A program made the position numbers and the translations under genes. Below, piece after piece: positions 29,346 to 39,917 of a stretch of DNA of 64,000 bases. The stretch's first letter is position 1. Every line of letters starts with the position of its first letter. The notes beneath the pieces were generated by a model. It was not told the DNA's origin, ran no database searches, and worked only from the letters and a program-made list of their open reading frames with translations. This DNA is from an uncultured Chloroflexia bacterium (GTDB taxonomy: Bacteria > Chloroflexota > Limnocylindria > Limnocylindrales > CSP1-4), in the NCBI GenBank assembly GCA_963833225.1, contig CAWHXD010000006.1, positions 1-64,000 on the forward strand, in the 5' to 3' direction.

Positions 29346-29993
29346 TCATTCTGGTCCGGCCGCGGCGCCGGCATCGCCCGGCACCACGACGACCGCCCCG
29401 ATCGCGCTCCGCCGGCGCCTGCGGCCCCGGCGCCGGCCCCGCGCGGCCGGGGTGGAGGCGACGGCATCGGGCATGCGGGTCGAGGGGACCTGCATCACGG
29501 GCTCGAGGATCGGCGACCCGGGGGACGACGGGACGGGCGCCGAGAGCATCGGCGGGTTGGGGGCGCCCAACCCGGCCGCCACCCCTGCCTCCAGCACGAT
29601 CCGGTCGGCGGGCCGCGGTGGGGTCGCCTGGCCGGTGGTGCCCGACAGGTCGGCCGCCAGCGCCAGCCGTCCGAACTTCAGCAGGAGCATCCGGAAGTCG
29701 CGCGCGTAGAACAACTTGATATGCACGTCCGGGTACAGCTCCCGGAGCCGGCGGAGCTTCCGGTTCTTCTTGCGCACCAGCTTCTGCTTGAGCGTCGTCA
29801 GCTCGACATACAGGTCGAGGTCCGGCAGGTAGAAGTCGGGCGAGAAGCTCTCGACCACCTCCCCGCTCATGGACCAGCCGATGGGGAACGTGTCCGGCTC
29901 GTAGGTCCAGCGCACCTGGTAGAAGTCCAGGATCCGGGCCAGCTCGGCCTCGCTCGCGTGGGCGAAGCTCGGGCGCTCGAAGGCCGCGGTCAC
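29346..29993 (-). CDS. PD-(D/E)xK-like nuclease-fold protein
   Basis: FAHASEAELARILDFYQVRWTYEP..F...FSPDFYLPDLDLYVELTT; basic/Pro-rich tail. Confidence 0.7.
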   Translation of the reverse strand: MTAAFERPSFAHASEAELARILDFYQVRWTYEPDTFPIGWSMSGEVVESFSPDFYLPDLDLYVELTTLKQKLVRKKNRKLRRLRELYPDVHIKLFYARDFRMLLLKFGRLALAADLSGTTGQATPPRPADRIVLEAGVAAGLGAPNPPMLSAPVPSSPGSPILEPVMQVPSTRMPDAVASTPAARGRRRGRRRRRSAIGAVVVVPGDAGAAAGPE

Positions 29994-30068
29994 AGGCGAG
30001 GGGGCTCGCGAAGGTCCATCGACGGTGAGTCTACCCAAGGCGGCGCAGGTTGGGGCAGGCTGTCCCGG

Positions 30069-30088
30069 ATACTCCGGTGGGGTATTAT
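30069..30088 (+). promoter_or_regulatory. CsoR-type operator and -10 element
   Basis: ATAC-TCCGGTGGG-GTAT (TAC/GTA arms flanking a G-tract) overlapping TATTAT, which ends 6 nt before the ATG. Confidence 0.65.
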
Positions 30089-30094
30089 CGGCCC

Positions 30095-30451
30095 ATGCCC
30101 GACACCAGCACCAAGCCGGCCGGCGGCCGCGCCGAGCACCCCTCGTTCCGTCATAGCTACAGCAAGGACAAGGGCCAGCTCGTTCGCCGCCTGAGCCGCA
30201 TCGAGGGACAGGTCCGCGGCATCGCCAGGATGATCGAGCGCGAGGAGTACTGCATCGACATCCTCCAGCAGACCGCGGCGTTGCGGGCGGCGGTCGATGC
30301 GGTCTCGATCCTGATCCTCGAGGATCACGTGCAGGGATGCGTGCGCACCGCGGCGGAGCGCGGCGAGGCGGACAAGTACGTCGAGGAGGTCGTGGACGTC
30401 GTGCGCCGGACGCTGGGTCGGCCGGTCCGCGGCTCCAAGGCGTCCGGCTGA
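30095..30451 (+). CDS. csoR: CsoR/RcnR-family metal-sensing repressor
   Basis: RLSRIEGQVRGIARMIE.EEYCIDILQQ, LEDHVQGCV (Cys-His-Cys Cu(I) fingerprint). Confidence 0.9.
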   Translation: MPDTSTKPAGGRAEHPSFRHSYSKDKGQLVRRLSRIEGQVRGIARMIEREEYCIDILQQTAALRAAVDAVSILILEDHVQGCVRTAAERGEADKYVEEVVDVVRRTLGRPVRGSKASG

Positions 30452-30457
30452 CCCTGG

Positions 30458-30536
30458 TTATCCACAGGAACCGCGCGGCAGGGTCTCGAATTCGTGGACA
30501 AACTGCCTTGACGCGGACGCACGGCACGCCTACCGT
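30458..30536 (+). promoter_or_regulatory. DnaA box and sigma70 promoter upstream of rsmG
   Basis: Perfect TTATCCACA (30458-30466), degenerate reverse box CGTGGACAA (30493-30501), TTGACG-N17-TACCGT (30508-30536). Confidence 0.55.
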
Positions 30537-30617
30537 CCGGACTCCGCATGCTGCAAGCGCGCTCGGGGGACGTCGTCCGCGAGGGGTACCGGGGAGACCT
30601 GGACCGGAACCGAACGG

Positions 30618-31484
30618 ATGACGCCAGACCGCCAGACGCCGGCCGCTGCGAACGATCGTCGCCGGGAGCGGCTCCCGGACGGCCAGGCGCACGACCGCGT
30701 GGAGCGTGCCCGGGACCGCCCGAGAGGTCCGCTCCCGACGCGCGTTGAGGGCCTTCCCGAGCTTCCTGCGGCCTACCTGGATGCGCTCGAGGCCGGCCTC
30801 GCGTCACTCGACCTGCGGCTGGCCGATGCCGCTCGCTCGATGATCGACGCCCACGTCCGGCTCCTCATCGCCTGGACGGGCGCGATCAACCTCACCGCCA
30901 TCCGCGAGCCCGCCGAGATCGCGCGCCTGCACGTGATCGACTCGCTCAGCGCGGCGCCGCTGCTCGCCGGCCTGGGGATCGGCCGCTTCATCGACCTCGG
31001 GTCCGGTGGCGGGTACCCCGGCCTGCCGCTGGCCGCGGCGCTGGGCGCCGAGCGGGTCCTGCTGATCGACTCGGTGACCAAGAAGGTGCGGTTCCTGCGG
31101 ACCGTCATCGAGGCCACGGGCCTGGACCGGCAGGTCGCGGCGGAGCCCGACCGCGCCGAGGCCGTCGCCCGCGACCCTCGGGACCGTGAGGTCTGGCCCG
31201 CGGTCACCGCCCGCGCCGTCGCACCGCTCGCGGAGCTTGTCGAGCTGGCGCTGCCGCTCCTGGCCCCGGATGGCGTGCTGATCGCGTGGAAGCGAGCACC
31301 GGTCGAGGCCGAGCTGGCGGGGGCTCGTGGAGCGCTCCGTGCGCTTCGGGCCGGACCGGTCCGGGTCCTCGCAACTGATGTCCCGGGCCTCGAGGCGCAC
31401 CGCCTGGTCGTGGTCCCGCGGGCCGGCCCCATCGACCCCCAGTTCCCGCGCGATCCGGCGGAACGCCGTCGTCGGCCGCTCTGA
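30618..31484 (+). CDS. rsmG: 16S rRNA m7G527 methyltransferase (start uncertain)
   Basis: W...INLTAIREP, HVIDSL, DLGSGGGYPGLPLA, DSVTKKVRFL, VTARAVAPL. Confidence 0.93.
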   Translation: MTPDRQTPAAANDRRRERLPDGQAHDRVERARDRPRGPLPTRVEGLPELPAAYLDALEAGLASLDLRLADAARSMIDAHVRLLIAWTGAINLTAIREPAEIARLHVIDSLSAAPLLAGLGIGRFIDLGSGGGYPGLPLAAALGAERVLLIDSVTKKVRFLRTVIEATGLDRQVAAEPDRAEAVARDPRDREVWPAVTARAVAPLAELVELALPLLAPDGVLIAWKRAPVEAELAGARGALRALRAGPVRVLATDVPGLEAHRLVVVPRAGPIDPQFPRDPAERRRRPL

Positions 31485-31535
31485 CCGGCGCCGGCACCCG
31501 ACCCCCACGCCAGTCGCTGCGCTACCCTCCACCCG

Positions 31536-32259
31536 ATGCGCGTCGCCGTCCTGTCCGACATCCACTCCAATCTCGTCGCCCTCGACGCCGTCCTGGCCGA
31601 GCATTCCGCCGGTGGACGAGGTCTGGCACCTCGGCGACGTGGTTGGCTACGGCCCACACCCTGACGAGGTGGTGGCCCGGCTCCGGGAGGTCAACGCAAT
31701 CGGCGTTTGCGGCAACCACGACGCGGCAGCCCTCGGCGGGCGCGAGATCGAATCCTTCAACGTCGATGCGCGCATCGCCGCGGAGTGGACCCGTGCCACG
31801 ATCTCCGAGGCGACGAAGGCCTGGCTCGCGGCCCAGCCGGAGACGCTCCAGCGCGAGGGGTTCCTGCTCGTCCACGGCAGTCCGCGTGATCCGATCTGGG
31901 AGTACATCACCTCGACGCCGGTCGCCCGTGCCAGCATGGCCGCGATGCCGACCCACTCCGGTCTCCACGGGCACACGCACCTGCCCGTCGCCTACATCGA
32001 GGAGGACGGGCGCCTTGAGACGATGAGCCCCGGCTCGGGATCGGCGCTCACCTTCGACGGGCGCCGGGTCCTGCTCAACCCCGGCAGCGTGGGCCAGCCC
32101 CGGGACGGGATCCCGACATCGGGCTGGATGCTGCTCGATACCGGGTCCGGGACCGCCACCTGGCGGCGGACCGCGTACGACATCGCGGAGGTCCAGGCCG
32201 CCATGACCAGGCTCTCACTCCCCGAGCGCCTCGTGGCCCGCCTGGCGTACGGGTTGTGA
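31536..32259 (+). CDS. metallophosphoesterase (YfcE-like), frameshift near 31600
   Basis: MRVAVLSDIHSN, LGDVVGYGP, GNHD, VHGSP, GHTH, NPGSVGQPRD. Confidence 0.9.
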
Positions 32260-32263
32260 CCCG

Positions 32264-34328
32264 GTGATTCCCGGCAGGCGTCCCCATCTCCGGCCGCAAG
32301 CCCGGCGACAAGCGGGTCCGGGTGGAGCGGCACCATGCGCCGTACTTCCGGTACACGGGTCCCGGGCAGCTCACCGCCAAGGCCGCGGCCAACGCCCCGA
32401 CCACGGCGACGGGCCGCTTCAACATGCGCCTCAAGCACGCCCTCCTTGGCCGGCCCCTCGCCAACGAGGAGGAGATCGGCGAGCGCCTGTCGAAGAAGAA
32501 GGCCCTCGCGATCTTCAGCTCGGACGCGATCTCGTCCTCGGCCTACGCGACCGAGGAGATCATCCTCGCGTTCCTGCTCGCCGGGGTCGGCGGGGCCGCG
32601 TTCTTCCTGTCGCTCGAGGTGGCGATCGCGATCGCGGTCCTGCTCGGGATCGTCGCCTTCAGCTACCGGCAGGTCTGCATCGCCTACCCAACGGAGGCGG
32701 CTCCTATTCGGTCTCGAAGGCGAACTTCGGACGGCTCGCCTCGCTGGTGGCGGCGTCCGCCCTGCTGGTCGACTACACGCTCACGGTCGCCGTGTCGACC
32801 TCGTCGGCCGTCGAGCAGATCGCGTCGGCGGCCCCGGCGCTCCACGATGGGAGGTCATCATCGGGGTCACGGCGATCGGCCTGATCACGCTGGGCAACCT
32901 GCGCGGCATGCGTGAGGCCGGCAACATCTTCGCCATCCCCACCTACCTGTTCCTGGGCAGCGCCTTCCTGATGATCGCGATGGGCGTGTTCCGGATCGTG
33001 GTCCAGGGCGACACGGGACCGGCGCCCACGCCCGAGGTCATCCGGGCGACCCAGGACACGGCGGAGAACGTCGGCTTCCTCATCCTGCTGCGCGCCTTCG
33101 CGTCGGGCGCGGTGGCCCTGACCGGCACCGAGGCGATCGCCACGGGCGTGCCGGCCTTCCAGCCTCCGGAGGCCAGGAACGCCGCGCGGACGCTGATGGC
33201 CATGGCCGTCATCCTTGCCACGCTGTTCATCGGGATCACGTTCATGGCGACCAACTTCCACATCCTGCCGATCGACACGCCCAAGGTGACCGTCATCGCG
33301 CAGATCGCCAGCCACGTCTACGGCGACAACGTCCTGTTCTACCTGTTCCAGGCGTTCACCGCCCTGCTGCTGTTCCTCGCCGCCAACACCTCGTTCGCGG
33401 CCTTCCCGCGGCTGGCGGCCGTGCTCGCCGAGGACGGGTTCATCCCGCGCCAGTTCGCGTTCCGCGGCGACCGGCTGGCGTTCTCGACCGGGATCCTGCT
33501 GCTGGGCGGCGTCGCGGCCCTGGTCGTGATCGCGGCGGGCGGCTCGACGCATGCGCTGATCCCGCTGTACGCCGTGGGCGTGTTCATCGACTTCACGATC
33601 AGCCAGTCGGGCATGGTCAGGCACTGGATCAGCACCAAGGACCAGGGCTGGCGCTACCGCCTGACGATCAACGCGACCGGCGCGGTGCTCACCGCGGTGA
33701 TCGCGGTGGTGGTGACGTCGGTCAAGTTCACCTCGGGCGCATGGTTCGTCGTGATCCTGATCCCGACGCTGGTGGGGATCATGCTGTTCATCCATCGCCA
33801 GTACGACGGGCAGGCAGCGAGCTGGCGGTCCGCGACGACCTCGTGTTCGACCGCCCGCACCGCGAGCAGCGAGTGGTGATCCCGGTCAACGGGATCAACC
33901 GCTCGGTCGTCCAGGCGGTGATGTTCGGCAAGCCACTCGCGTCCAATCCATCGATGCTCCAGGCGGTGTTCGTGACGACCGACGCTCGAGGAGGCCGAGC
34001 GCATGCGCGAGCGCTGGGAGCGCCAGCTGCCGGGCGTGCCGCTGGTCGTCGTCGAGTCGCCCTACCGGGCGCTCGTGGGGCCGATGGTGACCTACCTGGA
34101 CGTGCTGGAGCGAGCGTGGCCGCCCGACACGGAGACGCCCACCACGATCGTCGTGCTGCCCGAATACGTCGCCCGCCACTGGTGGGACCGCCTCCTCTAC
34201 AACCAGGCGGCGAAGCGCCTCAAGGCGGCGCTCGTCGGTCGGGAGCACACGGTGATCGCGGATGTCCCCTACCGCCGCAGCGAGGTCCACCTGGACGAGG
34301 AGCCACCGGAGCCCGGGCCGCGGCGTAG
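32264..34328 (+). CDS. APC-superfamily KimA/YdaO-like K+ transporter (frameshifts near 32690, 33820, 33985)
   Basis: LAIFSSDAISSSAYATEEI, TLGNLRG.REAG, ALTGTEAI, AANTSF..FPRL, LIPLYAVGVF; cytoplasmic C-domain ESPYR, WWDRLLYNQ. Confidence 0.85.
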
Positions 34329-34435
34329 CGCCCGGGCGAGCCGCGACCCGGTGGGTATCGTGACCGGCGCGACGACGCGGCCGGGAGCGTCCCGGTGGCC
34401 CGCCGTCGTCGCCGGACTCGGAGGTCCTCACGACC

Positions 34436-34897
34436 GTGGCCGACACGTCGGCATCCCAATTCCAACGCGCGGTGGTCGCGCTGTCAGGTGGTCGGACGGA
34501 CCGCAAGATCGTCTCGCTCGCGGCGGACAATGCCCGCGCCAGCCGTGGCGAGCTGGTGGGCGTCCACGTCGTCGAGATCGACTGGACGCTTCCCCTCGAT
34601 GCCGACGTCGCGGGCCACGACGAGGGCGCGCAGCGCGTCCTCGACATCGCCGAGGCGACGGCGGAGGCGGCGCAGCTACAAGCTGGAGACCGTCCTGCTC
34701 CAGGCCCGCGACGTGGGGGCGGCGATCGTTGACGAGGCGATCGAGCGCGGGGCCGACATGATCATCTGCGGGCCTGCCGTTCCGGCGCGCGGTTCGGCGG
34801 CGACTTCGCCGTGGGCCGCACCATCCCGTACATCCTGAGGAACGCCCCTGCGCGGTCGTGGGTCATCCGAGAGGCGATGCCCGAGGAGCAACCATGA
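34436..34897 (+). CDS. universal stress protein (USP) domain protein (frameshifts)
   Basis: FQRAVVAL, VHVVEI, RDVGAAIVDEAIERGADMII, GRTIPYILRNAPC. Confidence 0.75.
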
Positions 34898-35396
34898 AAG
34901 CCGTGATCGTCGGCTGCGGCCGGGTCGGTGCCGGGCATCGCCGACGAGCTGGACCGTGCCGGCTGGCACGTCCTCATCATGGACCTGACGACGGCGGCGT
35001 TCGACCGCCTGCCGTCCACGTTCGGCGGGACCGCCCTCCGCGGCGACGGGACGGACGAGGATATCCTGCGACGCGCCGGCGCGGAGGGTGCGGACGTGTT
35101 CCTGGCCATGACGGAGGGCGACAACCGCAACGTCATGGCGGCGCAGCTCGGGCTCGAGGCACTCGGTGCCCGGCAGACCGTCGCCAAGATCAACGATCCC
35201 GTTCGCGCCGAGGCCTACGCCCACCTGGGCATCGCGACCCTGTGCCGCACCAACCTGATGACGTCGGCGGTGCTGGCCTACATGGGCCAGGCCGTTCCCG
35301 GCCTGCCGGGCATGTACGCGCCGGTGGCTCATCACGTGCATGACGACGCGAGCGACCCCCCCGACCGCGCCGGTCGCGTCCACCCCGGAGGCCTAG
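34894..35396 (+). CDS. TrkA/Ktr RCK-N protein (short)
   Basis: MKAVIVGCGRVG, GDGTDEDILRRAGAEGAD.FLAMTEGDNRN; frameshifts near both ends. Confidence 0.85.
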
Positions 35397-35399
35397 GGC

Positions 35400-36070
35400 A
35401 TGTTCGTCATCGTGGTGGGCGGCGGCAAGGTCGGCTACTACCTCACCAAGGAGCTCATCGAGTCGGGCCACGAGGTGGCCCTGATGGAGAAGGACCGTCG
35501 GCGCGCGGACACCATCAAGGACGAGATCGGGTCGGTCGTCATCCCCCAGGACGGGTGCGAGGGCAAGTACCTCCACGAGGCCGGGGCGAACCGGGCGGAC
35601 ATCGTTGCCGCCGTCACCGGCGATGACGAGGACAACCTCGTGATCTGCCAGATGGCCAAGCACCACTTCGACGTGCCGCGGACCATCGCGCGGGTGAACA
35701 ACCCCAAGAACGAGCGCCTGTTCCGGCACCTGGGCGTGGACGAGATCATCAGCCCCACGCGGATGATCCTGGGCTCGATCGAGCAGGACATCCCGGTCCA
35801 CGAGCTGCTCCACCTCGCGGCGCTGGGCGTTGGCGAGCTCGAGATCATCGAGGCGCACCTCCAGCCGGGTTCGCCGGCGATCGGCAAGATCGCGCTCGAC
35901 CTCACGGTCCCCGGTGGCTGCTCGCTGTTCGGCGTCATCCGGGGGGCGTCCCGACGCCGCTGCGGGCGGACACCGTCCTGGCCGAGGGCGACAAGGTGAT
36001 CGCGATCGGGCGCCCGGACTGCGAGGACGAGCTCCGAGGCCAGCTGATCGGGGATCACGAGGAGGCGTAG
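35400..36070 (+). CDS. TrkA/Ktr RCK-N + RCK-C protein
   Basis: MFVIVVGGGKVG, AVTGDDEDNL, ARVNNPKN, GSPAIGK; frameshift near 35950. Confidence 0.9.
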
Positions 36071-36224
36071 GCCCGGCGCGCCGGCCGTGTTCCGAGGCAA
36101 CGGCCCGAGGACGTCTCGTCCACGCGCCCGCCGGGTCACCGTTCCATCGCCGGCGGACCCGGGCGCCGAGGTGCCGCAGGAGGGCCGTCAGCGGCAGGTT
36201 TCGATTCCCTAATCTCGCAAGTCT

Positions 36225-36255
36225 CTTGACAATCATGTTGTCAGGGTTCTACCTT
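36225..36255 (+). promoter_or_regulatory. heat-shock operon promoter with HAIR-like operator
   Basis: TTGACA (36226) N18 TACCTT (36250); CTTGACA-N7-TGTCAGG inverted repeat overlapping the -35. Confidence 0.7.
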
Positions 36256-36354
36256 GATCGGTGTCCGGAAACCGACCACCGGCCGGTTCGGCAGCCACCT
36301 CAAACCCTGGGGCCGGCGGATGGACCGCCGGCACACAGCAGGAGGATCGATGTG

Positions 36355-36882
36355 ATGACGATCGCCCGTCGCCCGTCGCCCTTCAGCGAGCTCGTGACGC
36401 TTCGCCAGGCGATGGACCGTCTGTTTGATGACACCGTGTTCCGGCCCTACGGATCCGGCGGCGGGGAATACGCCCGCCTGCCTCTCGATGTCCGCACCTC
36501 GTCGGATGCCCTCCTCGTGGAGGCGTCCCTCCCCGGCTATCGGCCGGAGGACGTCGACATCACCGTGGAGAACGGCACCCTCACGATCCGTGCCGATGAC
36601 CGGACCGAGACGACCCGCGAGGAGGGCGACTGGGTCGTCCGCGAGATCGCGCGCGGCTCGGTGATGCGGACGGTGACCCTGCCCACCGGCCTGGAGGCCG
36701 ATCAGGCGGAGGCCACCTTTGAGCACGGGGTCCTGCGCCTCCGGATCCCGAAGGCCGAGCAGACCAAGCCCCGCCAGATCCGGATCCAGCCGGTGACGGC
36801 CGGCGAGGCCAAGCAGGTCGAGCATGGCCCGGCGGCCGCCGGCGCCGCCACCGGGCCGGACATGACCGGGGCGGGGGCGTAG
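36355..36882 (+). CDS. Hsp20/alpha-crystallin small heat shock protein
   Basis: RBS AGGAGG; LRQAMDRLF, LPG..PEDVDITVE, EATFEHGVLRLRIPK. Confidence 0.95.
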   Translation: MTIARRPSPFSELVTLRQAMDRLFDDTVFRPYGSGGGEYARLPLDVRTSSDALLVEASLPGYRPEDVDITVENGTLTIRADDRTETTREEGDWVVREIARGSVMRTVTLPTGLEADQAEATFEHGVLRLRIPKAEQTKPRQIRIQPVTAGEAKQVEHGPAAAGAATGPDMTGAGA

Positions 36883-36886
36883 CTCC

Positions 36887-37270
36887 ATGGCCGCTGCGCG
36901 CCGGCCCGATCGGGACCCGACCCGTCCGGTCTACGTCATCAGCGTCGCCGCGACACTCGTCTCGGCGCACCCGAGGACGCTTCGGATCTACGAGGACGAG
37001 GGCCTGGTCTGCCCGGCACGCACGCCCACCAACATCCGCCTCTACTCCGAGGAGGACATCCGCCGGATCCTGTGGATCCGGCACCTGACGCGGGACCGCG
37101 GCGTCAACCTCGCCGGGGTCCGCACCCTGTTCGAGCTCGAGGAACGCCTCGGCCAGAGGATCCTCGAAGCCCTCTACAACGAAGGAACCCGCGAAGGGGC
37201 GGCGGAACGCCGTACCGGGCGCTCTGCCGCCTCCGGGGGTCCCGCGCCGGACGACCGTCCGGACGGCTGA
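36887..37270 (+). CDS. hspR: HspR-like MerR-family heat-shock repressor
   Basis: [10 protein letters not shown]...[16 protein letters not shown]....RLYS.EDI, GVNLAGV. Confidence 0.88.
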   Translation: MAAARRPDRDPTRPVYVISVAATLVSAHPRTLRIYEDEGLVCPARTPTNIRLYSEEDIRRILWIRHLTRDRGVNLAGVRTLFELEERLGQRILEALYNEGTREGAAERRTGRSAASGGPAPDDRPDG

Positions 37271-37352
37271 CCTGACCCGATCCATCACCCCCCGTCAACC
37301 CGATCGAACCGAACCGCCGCCGGCCCACCCGCCGGCACCCAAGGAGACCCTG

Positions 37353-39851
37353 ATGGCAAAGCGACCGTCCACCCCGGAGGAGGAGCAGCCCACGCCGGAC
37401 ACCCCGGAGATCCGTGAGCTGCCGCTCGTCGCGCTCCGGGAGACGGTCATCTTCCCGGAGATGATCGTCCCGCTCCAGGTCGGCCGTGAGAAGAGCGTGG
37501 CGGCCCTCAATGCGGCCACCGCGGCCGGTGGGCCGATCGCGCTGGTGACCCAGCGCCAGCCCGAGCAGGAGGACATCGGCGACCCGTCCGAGCTGTACAC
37601 GGTGGGCACGATCGCCAAGATCGCCCAGGTCGTGCAGCTCCAGGACGGGACCGTCCGCGCGATCGTGCAGGGCCAGGGGCGCATCCGCGTCCGTGGCTTC
37701 ACGCACACGTCGCCGTACCTGGCCGCCCGCGTGGAGGAGCTCCACGACGAGACCCCCGAGGGCGTCGAGATCGCGGCCCTGATCCGCAGCGTCCAGGCCC
37801 AGATCGAGCAGTACGTGGCCAACGGCGCGCCGGTGCCGCCCGAGGCCGCGGTCGCCGCGCGCAACATCACCGAGCCGGGCCTGCTCGCCGACATGGTGGC
37901 GTACAGCCCCGACATGTCGACCGAGCAGCGGCAGGAGCTCCTGGAGACGATCGACGTCGAGCAGCGCCTCAAGCTCGTCGCCGCCTTCCTCGCCCGGCAG
38001 ATCGAGATCCTCGAGCTCAAGGGGAAGATCCAGAGCGAGGTCAAGTCCGAGATGGACAAGACCCAGCGGGAGTACATCCTCCGGGAGCAGCTCAAGGCGA
38101 TCCAGCGCGAGCTGGGCGAGGATGATCCCCAGCAGGCCGAGATCAACGAGCTGCGCGAGAAGGTCGAGGCCTCCGGCATGCCCGAGGAGGTCATGGCGCG
38201 GGCGATCAAGGAGGTCGACCGCATGAGCCGGATCCCGTCCGCCTCACCCGAGGTCGGCGTGATCCGCACCTACGTGGACTGGCTGATCAGCCTGCCGTGG
38301 ACGACATCGACGGACGACCGCCTCGATATCAAGGAGGCCGCCGAGATCCTCGACGAGGACCACTACGGGCTCGAGAAGATCAAGGAGCGCATCCTCGAGT
38401 ACCTCGCGGTGCGCAGCCTGGCGGACACCATCCGCAGCCCAATCCTGCTGTTCGTGGGGCCGCCCGGCGTGGGCAAGACCAGCCTCGGCAAGAGCATCGC
38501 GAGGGCCATGGGCCGCAAGTTCGTGCGGATGAGCCTGGGCGGCATCCACGACGAGGCGGAGATCCGCGGCCACCGGCGCACGTACATCGGCGCGCTGCCC
38601 GGCCGCATCATCCAGAGCGTCAAGACCGCGGGCACCAACAACCCCGTGTTCATGCTCGACGAGGTCGACAAGATCGGCATGGACTTCCGGGGCGACCCGT
38701 CGTCCGCGCTGCTGGAGGTGCTGGACCCCGAGCAGAACTTCAGCTTCCAGGACAACTACCTCGAGGTGCCGTTCGACCTCAGCAAGGTCCTGTTCGTCGC
38801 CACGGCCAACCTGGCGGATCCCATCCCGGCCGCCCTGCGCGACCGGATGGAGATGATCCAGCTGCCGGGCTACACCCAGCGCGAGAAGGTGGAGATCGCG
38901 CGCCGGTTCCTGGTTCCCAAGCAGATGGAGAACCATGGCCTCAAGGCCAAGCACGTGGAGATCACGGACTCGGTCCTCACCGAGCTCGTCCAGGCCTACA
39001 CCAAGGAAGCCGGCGTCCGGAACCTCGAGCGCGAGCTCGCCAGCATCATGCGCAAGGTCGCCCGGAGCATTGCCGAGGGCCGCAAGCGCAAGACCATCGT
39101 CGACGTCCGGAAGCTCGAGGAATACCTGGGCCCGCCCCGGTTCGAGTACGGGGAGCTCGAGGCCGAGGACCAGACCGGGTCCGCCACCGGTCTCGTCGTG
39201 ACCGAGGTCGGCGGCGATGTCGTCGCGGTCGAGGTCACCAAGATGGAGGGCAAGGAGGACTTCATCCTCACCGGCCAGCTGGGCGACGTCATGCGCGAGT
39301 CCGCGCGGGCGGCGCTGTCCTGGATCCGGACGCACGCCGACGAGCTGGGCATCACCCGAGACCAGTTCGAGAAGCACACCCTCCACATCCACGTCCCGGC
39401 CGGCGCCATCCCCAAGGACGGCCCGTCCGCCGGCGTGACCATGGCCACGGCCATGGTCTCCGCGCTGGCCGGCATCCCCGTCCGGAAGGACGTGGCGATG
39501 ACGGGCGAGATCACGCTCCGCGGGCGCGTGCTGCCCATCGGCGGGCTCAAGTCCAAGATCCTGGCCGCGCACCTCGCCGGCGCCGGCATGGTCATCCTGC
39601 CCCGGAAGAACGAGAAGGACCTCCGGGACATCCCCGAGGAGATCCGCAAGCAGCTCAAGCTGGTGCTCGCGGACAACATGGACCAGGTGCTTGAGGCCGC
39701 GCTCCGGCGGCGCCCCAGGGCGCTCCGGGCCGCGCCGCCGACCGTCGTCGAGGGCGGTGGCGAGGCCCCCAAGCCGGAGGCGGCGTCCCGCGTCCGCCGC
39801 ACGTCCTTCCCGCCGGCCGACCAGCCGCCGGTCGTCGTGCAGGGCAGCTAG
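37353..39851 (+). CDS. lon: ATP-dependent Lon protease
   Basis: LON N-domain, [29 protein letters not shown] catalytic Ser, [10 protein letters not shown]. Confidence 0.98.
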   Translation: MAKRPSTPEEEQPTPDTPEIRELPLVALRETVIFPEMIVPLQVGREKSVAALNAATAAGGPIALVTQRQPEQEDIGDPSELYTVGTIAKIAQVVQLQDGTVRAIVQGQGRIRVRGFTHTSPYLAARVEELHDETPEGVEIAALIRSVQAQIEQYVANGAPVPPEAAVAARNITEPGLLADMVAYSPDMSTEQRQELLETIDVEQRLKLVAAFLARQIEILELKGKIQSEVKSEMDKTQREYILREQLKAIQRELGEDDPQQAEINELREKVEASGMPEEVMARAIKEVDRMSRIPSASPEVGVIRTYVDWLISLPWTTSTDDRLDIKEAAEILDEDHYGLEKIKERILEYLAVRSLADTIRSPILLFVGPPGVGKTSLGKSIARAMGRKFVRMSLGGIHDEAEIRGHRRTYIGALPGRIIQSVKTAGTNNPVFMLDEVDKIGMDFRGDPSSALLEVLDPEQNFSFQDNYLEVPFDLSKVLFVATANLADPIPAALRDRMEMIQLPGYTQREKVEIARRFLVPKQMENHGLKAKHVEITDSVLTELVQAYTKEAGVRNLERELASIMRKVARSIAEGRKRKTIVDVRKLEEYLGPPRFEYGELEAEDQTGSATGLVVTEVGGDVVAVEVTKMEGKEDFILTGQLGDVMRESARAALSWIRTHADELGITRDQFEKHTLHIHVPAGAIPKDGPSAGVTMATAMVSALAGIPVRKDVAMTGEITLRGRVLPIGGLKSKILAAHLAGAGMVILPRKNEKDLRDIPEEIRKQLKLVLADNMDQVLEAALRRRPRALRAAPPTVVEGGGEAPKPEAASRVRRTSFPPADQPPVVVQGS

Positions 39852-39917
39852 GAGCCAGCCCGAGCCCGTGGAGGCGTCCCGGTGACGGGCGGCCTCCACG
39901 GGGATGGGGACCGGACG

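Noticed and set aside
30452-30617. Replication origin
   Set aside because: Only one perfect and one weak DnaA box, no AT-rich unwinding element and no dnaA/dnaN/parAB nearby.
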